Assembly (NCBI RefSeq): GCF_001194135.2
Contig: NC_068982.1
Location: 86,538,110-86,588,646, forward strand
Origin: Octopus bimaculoides
Lineage: Eukaryota
Length of the DNA: 50,537 nt
Direction of reading: 5' to 3'
Below are positions 34,702-46,700 of this stretch, piece after piece. The notes below the pieces were generated by a model. It made no database searches and had not been told where the DNA came from. It saw nothing but the letters and a program-made list of their open reading frames with translations. A program made the translations under genes and the position numbers. Every line of letters starts with the position of its first letter. The first letter of the stretch is position 1.

Positions 34702-34964
34702 GCGAGTCTTTTCTAAGATGAAATTTGAACTTTCAGATGAAGTCATTTGTGCTGTTGCATATTGCAAGCCATATGCTATTGAAAAAGTATTACTTTTTTT
34801 GCGTTCACGATTAGAAACATTTAATCATAAGGAATGGACTAACACTAACTACTTGAAGTTTAATCTTGACCAAAAAGCAGTTCCTCTGTCAGACCCTCCA
34901 GAACAGGAATTTCAAAATCAATTACCACAAAATTGTGATCAACCTGAAGCTGACCAAAGTACAT
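34702..34964 (+). CDS. SPEF1: SPEF1 coding exon 3
   Basis: ACAG acceptor, phase 2; RVFSKMKFELSDEVICAVAYCKPYAIEKVLLFLRSRLE matches SPEF1 KVL.RL.F.V.DDV...IA.C.PG.VE.VL..LR.RLE. Donor GTGAGT at 34965, phase 1. Confidence 0.92.
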
Positions 34965-35129
34965 GTGAGTTTATCAAAAGTGTTCATTATTTCTGTCTAA
35001 AATTTTATGAAATTTGCTTGTAAATTGAGTCTTAGGTGTTAGTATCATAAGTTATTGTGAATATTTATTTACTTCTGAAAGCTGTTTAATCTGTATTACT
35101 ACCAGTAATCATTAATTTTACAGGTTTGG

Positions 35130-38100
35130 CATTGGCCCTAAACTTTTAATGGAGTCAAAAGGGTACTCTCATAATATACTGTACATCTGTCTTGATGGTG
35201 TACATTTTTCTGTCCATTCCTTGATGTCCATATATCTTTTCCAATATCCTCCCTTCCTGTTTTCTCCTTCCATGGTTCCTTAAAGAATGGTCTTTGCAAG
35301 GCCATCAGATATTCTTATGTGGCCATATCAGCTCAGTTTTTTTCTTTCTTTTTCTTTTCTTTACTGTTATGAGAAGGTCATCATGGAGTCTAATTTAATG
35401 CTGGATGGTTTTGTGTATTCAAAGTATGAGATATTTGTTGCAGTAGCATCCCATTTCCAGTGCCTCTGTCTTTCTCTGTACAGGCATTTCCTGTGTTATG
35501 GAAACACTGTATTCCTGAAAATCTTGCCAAAATGTAGAATTCCATTGCATAAAACCTATTTTCCATTGTCTTCCATGTTACACAGAAATCATTGAACATG
35601 GAAATCCACAGAAAATATGTTTTTCATATTAGAATTTTATGTTACAGCAATCCTGAATGTAGAGATGTTTGTATTTCTAGATTAGCTTCAGTTTGGTTAA
35701 TATGGTCATTGTCTGTGTATTTTTGTTGAGAATTTCAGAGTTTGATCCTTTTTAATTACTAATTACCCCTAGGTATTTGAGATACTATGCTATCTCAAGT
35801 TTCAGTCCTTTACTGAGATGTTTGTTATGATGACGCTGTAGACATTTGCCACTAATCTGGTTTCTTCAGCACTGATTTCCACTTTAAACTGTGTGGAAGC
35901 ACTATTAAAGTGGTTCACTAATTTAATCAATTCCTCCTCTCTTCTTGCCATCCATCAGTGTCATCTGCAAATCTTGTGATGTTCTTCCCTCTGATGTTGA
36001 CTATGGTGTGAGTACTGCACTGATTGTATTGGCATAAAGTCTTTGGTTAGTATAAATTACTTTCTACTTCATGTTGAATTTCTGCATTGTGGTCCATAGA
36101 ACATCATTCCAGTCTCTGTCAAATCCCTTCTTGAAGTTTATGAAATTATGGTATAATTTACTTTAGTGTTGGAAGTATTTCTCACAGAGGATGTTGATAT
36201 GAAGTGCTTTTGTCTTTATGGAAGCTTGCTTGTTCCTTGGCTATGATGTTTTGTTCCTAAGCTCTGTCTATTCAGGCTGATTCTGATTACTAACTTTGTT
36301 TGCGTGGCTGATCTTGCTGATTGTATGATTGTATAATCAGTAGGATTGTACAATTAACTGTACTGTGATTCTAGCATAGTTGATGTTTACCTTTCTGGGA
36401 AGCCTTATTATCAGCACCTGAGTCTAAAGTACCATAAGTTATTTATTGGCTATTCACCTGTCTTCTAAATTGTATTGTAGATGGTCATAAGGATATCTAT
36501 TGTGGCTTCTTCTCTATACATTACCAGCAATCTTACATTGGCTTTAACTTCTCACATGACTGAGTTATCAGTCTCATTGGAAGATTTGTGTATTCTGTTC
36601 ACCTTTCCATTATCTCTTACTCAGTGAAGTTTTTTCCATTTTTGTTTTTTGATGGTGTTTACTTTTGGTTTGTTTTATTTTGTGAGGTCTTTTACCAGGT
36701 GGAATAACTTCCTTGTGCTGTGGGGAAGCCTGTCTTCAATATCTTCACATTGTTCATCTGTCTATGCTTTTTACAGGTTTCCTTTCTACTGATTTTGATC
36801 TTATATTTTGTTCTTTTTGTGTTTTTATCATTCTTTAGCTTCCTCTTTTTGTCATACGTGTCCAATATCATGTTCATAACCCATGATTGAAATTTACAGC
36901 CTCTTTTATCAGTAATCTCTTTTAATGTCTCTATCATCACAACAATCTCAAGGTTGGCATTCTAGTGGTGCAAAGTTTCCCCCAAGTTATCATCATCATC
37001 ATTCAACATTTGTCCTCCGTGCTGATATAGGTTGGACAATTTGACAGGATATGACGAGTCATAGGGCTGCATTGTACTCAGATGGCTGAATATCTTTCTT
37101 AATGCCAACCACATTATAGAGTGTAGTGGGTGCTTTTATGATGGTACCAGCACCAGTATGCTGGTGTAACTCAAAGCCTAAGGAATCCCCTTAGTAGAAA
37201 AGGAGGTGACTTTATGCTACATGTTGAGAAGTTAAAGTATGATAGAAGGAAAAGGAACAGGCTTCTTGCTGTTAAGGCAATATATAAAGGTGGATAGAAG
37301 CAATTGGAGTGAAGCTGGAGGAGATAAAGATAGTGGTAATGAGGTGTCAGAGTGTCTTCAAGGTACAAGAAGGTGAATAGGAGAGAGTGTGAGGACACAA
37401 GATCAAGAAGGGTGGGTGAGTAGAAGTTTCAAGAATGCATGGGGTGAATAAAAGATGACAAGATGAGGATAGATTTGGATATAGTATGTAGTGAACAAGG
37501 CTAGAGGTGTGGTTGATGGTAAATAAGAGTTGGAAAGAGTAGCAGAATAATAATAAAACAATGGGGTAAAGTTGAGAGAAAGGAAGATTCCATTCATCCT
37601 ATGCATTCCTTCCCACTTTTTTCACTCCAGACACTTTGTATGAATTGTATGCCTTTATTGTTTGTCTTTTTGATGATCTCTTGAAATTATTTGTAGAATT
37701 CTTCAATATGTTTATCATCATAGTCTCTTGTGTGTAAACTTGTGCCACTGTGATGTGGGCTTGGCTCATAAGCTGAGAATCACAGCCCTACATGTTAATG
37801 GTTGACATCCCAGTACAGCATTCTTGATGAACTTGTTGACTAGTGACCTTACCATTTTTACGATTGGTCTCCACTAATGTTGTGTACATGCTTTCTGAGT
37901 GTTCTTCTATCAGGTTTCACAGAACCCAAAGGAGGGGCCACGTGTAACTCTCTATCTTACATAAGTGTTCTTTTAGTTTTCCATTTTTGTTCTTATATTA
38001 ATTGTGATAATTTTGATGTACTCACTGTCACAAATTTTTTCTTGTTGGGTCATTACATCCAATTGGAAAAAACAGATGGTATGATTGTTAATCCAAGCTG

Positions 38101-38600
38101 TGACTGGCCTAGTATAAGGTTCTTTTATTTCTTGGTTTCTTCATCATACAGCATATAAACCTGGTAAAGCTCATCCTTCTCCAGGTGTAACCCCAGCAGA
38201 TTCTTTCCAGTAAAGTTACTTGTCTTTGTCATGAACATGAGGTCATTACAGTTCAGTGAGAGAACTTTTTCTGCCCTGGCTGGTGAGTTCATCAAGGAAG
38301 TCATTTTGTTAATGATGCCATGTTAACACCATTCCTCTCAAGCTTTTACTTACCAGCTAAAGTAGTTTACCAGGGCATAGGCTCTTAGAACATCACATGA
38401 AATGTGGATGGACATGGACTAATAACGTCTGTCCATCCTGTCAATTATGAAGCAGTCTTAGCTATCAAGACATTGCTTCTATTCCTTATATCCTATTGCT
38501 GAAGACTGTCTTCATGTAGAGCATCCAAAGACAAGGCACCCTGACAGAGACCATGTTATTGATCGTGGTCCCTCTACTGGTTGATTGTCACCAGAAATTC
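35130..38600 (-). mobile_element. Old RTE-clade (BovB-like) LINE, highly degenerate, interrupted by later inserts
   Basis: YGHIRISDGLAKTIL.GTMEG, RFADDTDG, FINFKKGFDR.W..LW..M, IIRLPRKGN motifs on the - strand; APE-like traces at 37620-38500. Confidence 0.65.
36985..37165 (-). mobile_element. SINE/RTE-type 3' tail (degenerate)
   Basis: (CAT)n followed by TGATATAGGTTGGAC...CTTAATGCCAACCAC...GTGTAGTGGGTGCTTTTATG, similar to 50304-50537. Confidence 0.65.
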
Positions 38601-39566
38601 CATGAGATAAAAAATAATTGAAATGATAAGGTTAAACTGGAATTAAAATTGGTGTAGACTGATTGTTCCAGTCTCTTTGTTTAAAAATAAGAAGCATTAT
38701 CTTAGAAAATGGAACTCTTGACTACCTGGAAATACACGTAATGCATAAGTAGTCTTTGAACCTTTTTCCAAATAAAATTATTTCATGTAAATTTTATTTG
38801 TAATACATTTTATTTTGAAATGTTTGATATGTTATTCATTTTTCTTCATACATCACTACATCATATAAACTGGTTATATTATTTTAATATTACAATATGT
38901 TATAAGTAGTGTAAATAACTTTGAAATACACCTTTTCACAATATTGGACATTTCTTTTTTTACCCAATAATGTAATTCACATCTTGTTTGGGATGGCCTG
39001 TAAAAGAAACTACAGGTTTTTATAGTATAGGACATGTAAGATAGTATCTTTGTAATTACACACTGTACTTCATTTAATCTTACCATCAAATCCATTGATT
39101 AAATTACTACAAAATTGCTTCATATTTGATTTGATCTGCTTATTTTAGATTTCTATATTGAGGTATTTATGTAGGTGCAGGATAGTGGATAAGTACATTA
39201 CTACCTTCAGTTTAAAAATGAAGTTTCTAGCTTAAATTGTGATGTACATATCCATGAATAGGATACTTGTTAATGACTTGAGATTGATCTAATCAAAATG
39301 TTGTGTTGAAATATAAGCTCTAAAATGTTAACAACACAGAAAATTATACTCATAATATCAAGAGCTTATCCATTTAGATGTATAATTTATTTGATAGAAT
39401 TTAAAGTATTTCTTGCTTAGGTTGGCAAAATGTTAGTACTTAGCTTGCATGGTGAAAGTTGTTTTCCTAATGAATTTGTGAAAGCTTGCTTAATTTTACT
39501 TCAGGTTTTGACATATGGATCTCTGCTAACTATTGGTGGATTTTTATATGCAAATATTCTGCATTA

Positions 39567-39712
39567 GTTTCTTCATAATTTTCTTCATCTATTTCTAATG
39601 ATAGTCTGAATGAGCTTTTTTAAAGTGGCTGGAATTTTAAAACAAAATACCTACCTCCACAGTTGATTGCATCCAACTACTTCCAGCAAAATTCTGTGTA
39701 GTTTAAAGAATT
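39567..39712 (+). repeat. Dispersed repeat, inverted partner of 43547-43685
   Basis: About 140 bp, close to 90% reverse-complementary to 43547-43685 by manual alignment. Confidence 0.85.
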
Positions 39713-39788
39713 TATAGTCTAACCTTTCCAGACAAATATTTGTGTTCTCTTATATATTTTTACATCTTGTATATTTGTATATACACAG

Positions 39789-39831
39789 GTGAACCATTTT
39801 TATACCGTAGAAATAAAAAGACAGTGAAAAG
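39789..39831 (+). CDS. SPEF1: SPEF1 coding exon 4 (43-nt small exon, predicted)
   Basis: ACACAG acceptor, open frame (C)EPFLYRRNKKTVK(S), strong AG/GTGAGT donor. Phase 1 to phase 2 exactly bridges exon 3 and exon 5. No recognisable homology. Confidence 0.6.
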
Positions 39832-40319
39832 GTGAGTGACTAAGCAATGTAAAATTATTTCCCTTTTAAATTTTATAAGAATTATTTCCCTTATATCACA
39901 CTTTCTATTAGATCTTAAATACAAGTTTTAAGACTTGAATAGAATTAAAAATCAGCAAAATACAAGAACCTTTTAAATAATTATTTTCATATTCCTGAAA
40001 ATTCATTGACTTTTTTTTTATCATGGGTTTGACTTGATACAAAGTATTTTGATTATTTAACTTGCTTATGTCCCTGTAGCTTACTGAGTCAATAAAAGAG
40101 ACCAATATAAGTGCCAAACTTGAAAAATTGAATTGCTGTGATCAATTTGTTTGACTAAACCCTTCAAGGGTCCCAGCTTAGCCACAGTACAATGACTGAA
40201 ACTAAAGAGCAAGTGTGTATACCATAAACAAAAGAATTAATTTCATATCAGAATGTATTTCTTGCCAAGCTGTGAAATAATTGTGTGATTAAAACCTATT
40301 GAAACTATGGGTTTGATAA

Positions 40320-42586
40320 CACTGGTCACCAAAATGAAACTTTTTTAATCATCAGAGTTGCTAATTGACTTTTCTGGGTTAATTTTCGATGCTGATTATG
40401 AATCTGAAGTCCGATTTCCTCTATCAGGTCACATTTTCATGTTAATGATACCTGCTGTTTTAACTTATAGGATACGTAAAGCATGTCTATATAAAGTATA
40501 ATGAATACAAGATACAATAATTTCATGGCTTTTTATTGTACAAAATTAAAATTATTGTGTACAAATAAGTTAGAATACACTCGAATGCATAACAACTTAA
40601 AATCTTTGGGATTTGGACTTTCTATGGTGTTTTGTTTCTGGTTCATCCCTGTAGAACATCCAACAGTAGTCAGTTAACATACCTACATTCCAAAATCTTT
40701 GATACCGTTGTTCCATCGAAGCAATATCTTGATGAAAGCGTTCCCCTTGCTCATCAGACACTGCTCCAAGGTTCTCTGCAAAAAAGTCCAGATGTGAATC
40801 AAGGAAATGGACTTTTGGTGACATCCGACAGCCCATTGCAGCATAGGAGTCTAGAAGACATTTCACTCCATTTCTAAACTCTAGAGATCTCTTGTGGCCT
40901 GGGAAATTTTCACAGAGGCATTTGAAAGATTCCCAGGCTTTAAGCTCAATCTCATCAAGTGCTGTGAGGAAGTAGTTGTCCTTCAAGAGTTCTTTTATCT
41001 GCGGACCTATGAATACGCCCTCCTTTAGTTTTACCTCGGTGATTTTTGGAAATTTGGCCTTCACGTATTCAAAACCTTTTGAACTTTTCCAGGCAAGTGT
41101 CTTCACGAATTGTTTCATGAAGCCAAGCTTTATGTGAAGAGGGGGAAGAATAACATCTTCTGGGTTTAAAAGTGGCTTACTCTGGACGCTAGAAACTCCT
41201 GGCAAAGGCCACTCTGATTGCACATAGTGCTTGTTAGTTGCGCGACTATCCCACAGGCATAAAAAGCAACAATATTTTGTGAACCTGGATTGCATTCCCA
41301 TCAACATTCCAATCACTTTCAAGTCTCCACAGATTTTCCAGCTGTAGTTGGTATACTTTATGGCATTGAGGAGTACTTGCATGTTTTCATAACACTCCTT
41401 CATGTGCACTGAATGTCCTATGGGAATGGGTGGTTTCTTATTGTTGTTGTGTAGTAGTACTACCTTGAGGCTTCTCTTAGATGAATCAATGAATAAGTGC
41501 CATTCAGCTGGAATATGCTCTTGGAACAAGCAGCGAAATAACTCATCAGTGTTATTACTGAAACAAAGTGGTCCATCAACAGAGAAGCATGAAGTCAGAT
41601 CCCTATTTCTCTTCCTGAAATGAGTAATACAAACATCTTTCTTAAGCAGACACTTTTCTNNNNNNNNNNNNNNNNNNNNNNNNNNNNNNNNNNNNNNNNN
41701 NNNNNNNNNNNNNNNNNNNNNNNNNNNNNNNNNNNNNNNNNNNNNNNNNNNNNNNNNNNNNNNNNNNNNNNNNNNNNNNNNNNNNNNNNNNNNNNNNNNN
41801 NNNNNNNNNNNNCAGTGTCTTCCACAGCAGTAGTATTTTCTTCAGGAAATACATCTTTGTCAGACATCTGAAGGCCATTTTCTGGTGGCATTGGAATAGG
41901 AAGATCATCATCGTTGTGTGGTACTGGTCTTCTTGCTGATTCCAAGTTGGGATACACAATCTTATGTTTGGTCTTTACAGTAAACCCACATACATTAATG
42001 TTGCAGAAATAACAGCCCATGAAATGATCCTTTGGCTCTCTCCATATCATAGGTGTTGCAAATGGCATTGCTCTCTTCCTCTTATTTAGCCAATCCCTTA
42101 GTCCATTTGCAGATGATGTGCAGGGCCCAACTCTTATCTTGATCCTCGAGAGAGCAGCCAAGTATAACTGGTAGACCTTCTTGATTTCATTTGTGATGAC
42201 ACGTTGCTCAACTTTGGTGGTAAATGAACCACAACAAGACAAAATATATCAGGACTGTTCTTGCAATGCCTTGACATCCTGAGTAGAATTTGATGATGAT
42301 GATGAGTTGGCACCTTAAACAGGAAGTAAAATTTATTAAAAGAAAAGATTATGAAAACATAAAATTACAAAATGAATACAAATAGTTATAAAACAGAAGG
42401 CAGAATTTACCTGTATAAGATGTTTACCTGTAGCGATACTGCTGATGGGAGTTATATACCTCTCTTATCTCATCAGAAAAACTGTGCCTGAAAGAAGGAA
42501 ACCAATTACATTTTTGAAATCTGCAGACAAAACTACATCTAAAACACCACATAATATCCCTGATACAAATTGGCTGTTAACCAGTG
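40320..42586 (-). mobile_element. Chapaev3-type (CMC superfamily) DNA transposon with both ends
   Basis: Ends CACTGGT...ACCAGTG with TAA on both sides (40317-40319, 42587-42589). Transposase motifs PMIWREPKDH..CYFC, WHLFIDSSKRSLK, ICGDLKV, CFLCLWDSRA, PPLHIKLG, SDEQGERFHQDI, DYCW. ATG near 42277; frameshifts and an N gap. Confidence 0.85.
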
Positions 42587-43087
42587 TAATTAAAGCATCT
42601 TGATTTCTATGCATTTGGATCTCATGGAATCATAGTGTATATGTAATTATCCTTGTACTCTGTGTATTAAGCATATATTGCCAAATGTTATCTTGTCTAA
42701 CTGAGAGATTATATATGTTCTGACTTCACTGGAGTTTAATGAAATCCAGAAATGTGATACTTTGATTAGCAAATCTGTATATTCTCTGCAGTGATATATT
42801 ATACAGAACAGTTTAATTAATATGGTGTATGATGGAAATTTTTGTATAACAGCTAATGCAGGATCAAACTTCAAATATTCTTTTAGCTTTCCTTTGTAAG
42901 TGTATAATTTAAAAAAAAAGTGTTTTCTCAAACTTAGCTTAATTTTACTTGTCTGAAATAAAGAGTTGCCATTGTAGTCATCATTCAAGCATAGAGTTAT
43001 AAAATTCTGATTTATTACAATTTCCTTCTAATATCTTATAATGCTTGGTAGGTTTTAAATTGAATCATTTTTTTTCTGTCTTTATAG

Positions 43088-43190
43088 TCAAGCTATCCAG
43101 AAACCTTTTGTATTCAAGAATGATCCCATTAGTATTTCACAACTGGAAGAAAAACAGAAAGAGTCTCTGGCAAAAGATGAAACTATTAAG
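43088..43190 (+). CDS. SPEF1: SPEF1 coding exon 5
   Basis: Pyrimidine-rich TTTATAG acceptor, phase 2; KNDPISISQLEEKQKESLAKDETIK matches SPEF1 GDPSFVLQIAEKEQELLASQETVQ. Donor GTCTGG at 43191, phase 0. Confidence 0.85.
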
Positions 43191-43546
43191 GTCTGGATTT
43201 CATATTCTTTGTTACAGATTATATTATTTTGTTGTCATTTGTATCCTGACAAGATTAATCTTAAGAGTAGCCATAGCAACTTCATATTTCAGTCATACAT
43301 TTGTTGTACAATTTTAGCTTTAATTAGTGGAGTAATTGGAAGGTTAAGGTGATGATCATTGTATTATATTTCTGGGCAAACCACATCATTTTGCTGTCTA
43401 TTCCTACCTACTTCATCAGTGAGTGGTCAATATTACATGTAGTCATGTATTATTGATCACTCAATGATGCATTATATTCTACTGTAACTTGGAACATCAG
43501 ATAGTTTGACAAAGAAGACCTCATATGTAAGAGCATTCAAGAAATG

Positions 43547-43685
43547 AATTCTTTTAATTACACAGAATTTTGTTGGAAGTAGTTGAATGCAATCAACTGT
43601 AGAGGTAGGTGTTTTGTTCTAAAATTCCAGCAACTTTAAAAAAAGACTATCATTAGAAATAGATGAAGAAAATAATTTTTGAAAC
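43547..43685 (-). repeat. Dispersed repeat, inverted partner of 39567-39712
   Basis: Manual alignment to the reverse complement of 39567-39712. Confidence 0.85.
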
Positions 43686-43751
43686 CAGATAGTCTCTTAC
43701 ATTATCAAATATAGAGTCTAACTATTCATTTCTGCAGTTTATCAATAGTTA

Positions 43752-46700
43752 TGTAAAAGGTTGATAGTAACATAGAGACATTAGTCTCTCTCTATCACCT
43801 TCTAACAAAATAATTATTAGGAAATAAGTAGAACAATTAACAACATAATAAAAATAAGTTTTATTTTGATGATGTTTGGCTTTACAAATCCTGTGTCATA
43901 CAGCCTGGTAGCCGCTGGTTAACCTGTAATCAGCATCTTGAGATTAAGAGCTTCGTTGAGGAGCAAGTTGTTGTCACATAGAAGGCATCATGCTAAAGAG
44001 GCTTAGAAAACGTGCGAAGCGCTTTAAGTACTGGTTTACTACGCATGTGCACTCAAGGGGCTTCCGGGAAGGCAAGTCCCTTGCGCATGCGTAGATTGTA
44101 CTTCCTTAATAGCGGCCATAATTTCGCACCAGTACNNNNNNNNNNNNNNNNNNNNNNNNNNNNNNNNNNNNNNNNNNNNNNNNNNNNNNNNNNNNNNNNN
44201 NNNNNNNNNNNNNNNCGAGTACGTAGCACACACAAAGAAGAGATTGTAGTGGCCGTCTGAAACAAGATGCGGCTGTAGATACACAATGAAAATGAAAAAG
44301 AATTTGTTAATACAGAGAATGGAAATACCCAAAATGTAATACAATGCACATGGAAAATAATATTCCAGCGGCACAAGTCAAGTTCAGCTTGGTAAGTGTT
44401 GTTGGCTGTAAAAAAAAATTTTTTTTTGCTTACGTCACTGCAGTTCCTTTATTGCTTGTGATTGATGCAGTGACACAAGAAATTTCTATGAGCACTAATA
44501 GGGAAAAACACAGTTTGAGCCTTTTTTACAAAAGGAATGCTGAAAATGCAATAATATACAATGCAGTCAAATATAAATTATCTTGGAGTTTCTTTGGCCA
44601 GTGCACTGTAAAGCCAGACCTAGTGACACAGGGTTCACTTGTGGTAGTTCTCAACGACGAAGGTGGAGTTTTCACAGGTGTATGTGTTGGTGATGGTGAT
44701 GGTGTTGATAATGGTGTATGCATTGGTGATGGTGTTGACAAAGGTGTATGTAAAGGTTGAAAGGGGGGCATGTCAGTATTGTCAACGGAAGATGTAGTTT
44801 TATCAAAATATGCTTTCTTCAGACGGTTGACAGACACGGTCTCCGTAGAACCATTAGCGTCTATTTAAAAAAATTTGGGTGTGCGAGGGAGCACACAAAA
44901 GGGTCCTTTATAAGGAGAAACCAGGGGTCCTCTGACAGAATCATCCCTAACAAATACACGTGACCAAGAATCAATTTCTGATGGCACTTTAGAAGGTGGA
45001 GATTGTTGCCAGGGACTCATAGTAGGAAGGTTAGAAAAATAATCTTGTAATCGAGTGACATAGGACACTGGATTTGGAGGCTGTAATTTGTCTGGTACCA
45101 ACATTGTACCAGGCAATGCCAGTGTGGTACCATACAATAATTCCACTGCAGAAAAACCAAGGTCTGCTTTAACTGCAGTCCAGCATCCAAGTAGGACAAC
45201 AGGAAGAAATTCAGTCCATGACTGCGGATTGGGTGAGGCGCACAATGCGGCCTTTAGTTGCCTATGAAAACGCTCCACCATCCCATTAGAAGCGGGATGG
45301 TAGCTGGTGGTGTGTATATGATGCACCCCCAGGATTCATGATAACTCATGAAATAATGCTGCTTCAAATTGTCGACCACGATCCATGGTCAGGCTGGACG
45401 GTACGCCGAACCTAGAAACCCAGCCAGAAACGAAAGCTTGTGCAACAGTCTCAGAAGAAATATCTGCTATAGGAATGGCTTTTGGCCAGCGGGAGAAACG
45501 ATCAACACTAGTTAAGAGATATGAGAATCCGCGACTCACAGGCCATCAAGGTGAACATGGCGTAAACGGGCCTCTGGAGAAGGAAATTGTCCAAGAGGGG
45601 CACGAACATGCCTATGGACTTTCACACTCTGGCACTTCATGCAAGAGCGTGCCCAAGTGTTAATTGATCGCCGCATGTTGGGCCAGAAAAACCGAGCAGT
45701 GACAAGCTTTACTGTTGCAGAGATGCTCGGATGTGACAAGGAATGAAGGGCATCAAAAACAGAACGTTGATGGTTCTCAGGTACTAAAGGCCTAGGAGAA
45801 CCGGTGGATGTGTCACACAATATAGAGCCTTCTGATAAAGGGATTGGAAGATAGGCAAATTTACAATTGTTGAATTTTGGTGAAGTTAAATCTAACATCG
45901 ACAAAAGAGGTTGGTCCTGCGAAATAGCAAGTAAATCAATTGTTGCAGGAGAGGAAATAGAACTGACAGGGAGTCTCGAGAGAGCATTAGCAGGGATGTT
46001 CTCCTTCCCTGGCACATGACGAATATCACCTGTAAACTGTGAAATATAGTCCAGGTGACGGAAAGCACGAGGAGAGAGTTTGTCTGTTTTAGAAGACAGA
46101 GTGAACGTAAGGGGTTTGTGATCAGTATAAATCACAAACTCCCGTCCGTCAAGCTGGTGCTGAAAATGCCGAACCGACAGATAGATTGCTAATAACTCAT
46201 GATCAGACGTACTATACCTGCGTTCGGCAAGCTGCAATTGGCAAGAAAAGAAAGCCAAAGGTTGTGGTTGATTATCTATGGTGTGCTGCAAAACAGCACC
46301 AACCGCAGAATCTGAAGCATCCACAGATAAAGAGAGCGGAGCATCAGGAGCCGGATGTGCAAGAACAGGAATGGAGGATAGTTCCTGTTTCACTGACTCA
46401 AAGGCAGACAATGCCTCAGCTGAAAGAGTTAGTTGAGCATCCTTCTTAGTAACCTTGTCTGCACACCAGTCTATAAATCTTCTGTAGAAGTTGACCATGC
46501 CTAAAAAATGGCGAAGTTGTCGCAAAGAAGTTGGAGGGGCAATGCATTGAATGGCATCGACCTTAGCAGGAAGAGGCTTGATCCCATTAGAATCAATATA
46601 GTGCCCCAGAAATTCCAGGGAGGGCTGCCCGAAAACACATTTATCGGGGTTTATCTTCACATTATATGCGCGGAGTTGCTGAAAAAGTCGCGACAAATGG

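Noticed and set aside
39505-39580. Alternative exon 4 after TTTTACTTCAG
   Set aside because: The phase-1 frame reaches TAA without a suitable donor.
11448-44215. Long ORFs in the track containing X runs (e.g. 12357-13346, 17384-18551, 22986-23341, 24846-25286)
   Set aside because: Artefacts of N gaps and dinucleotide repeats; no coding evidence.
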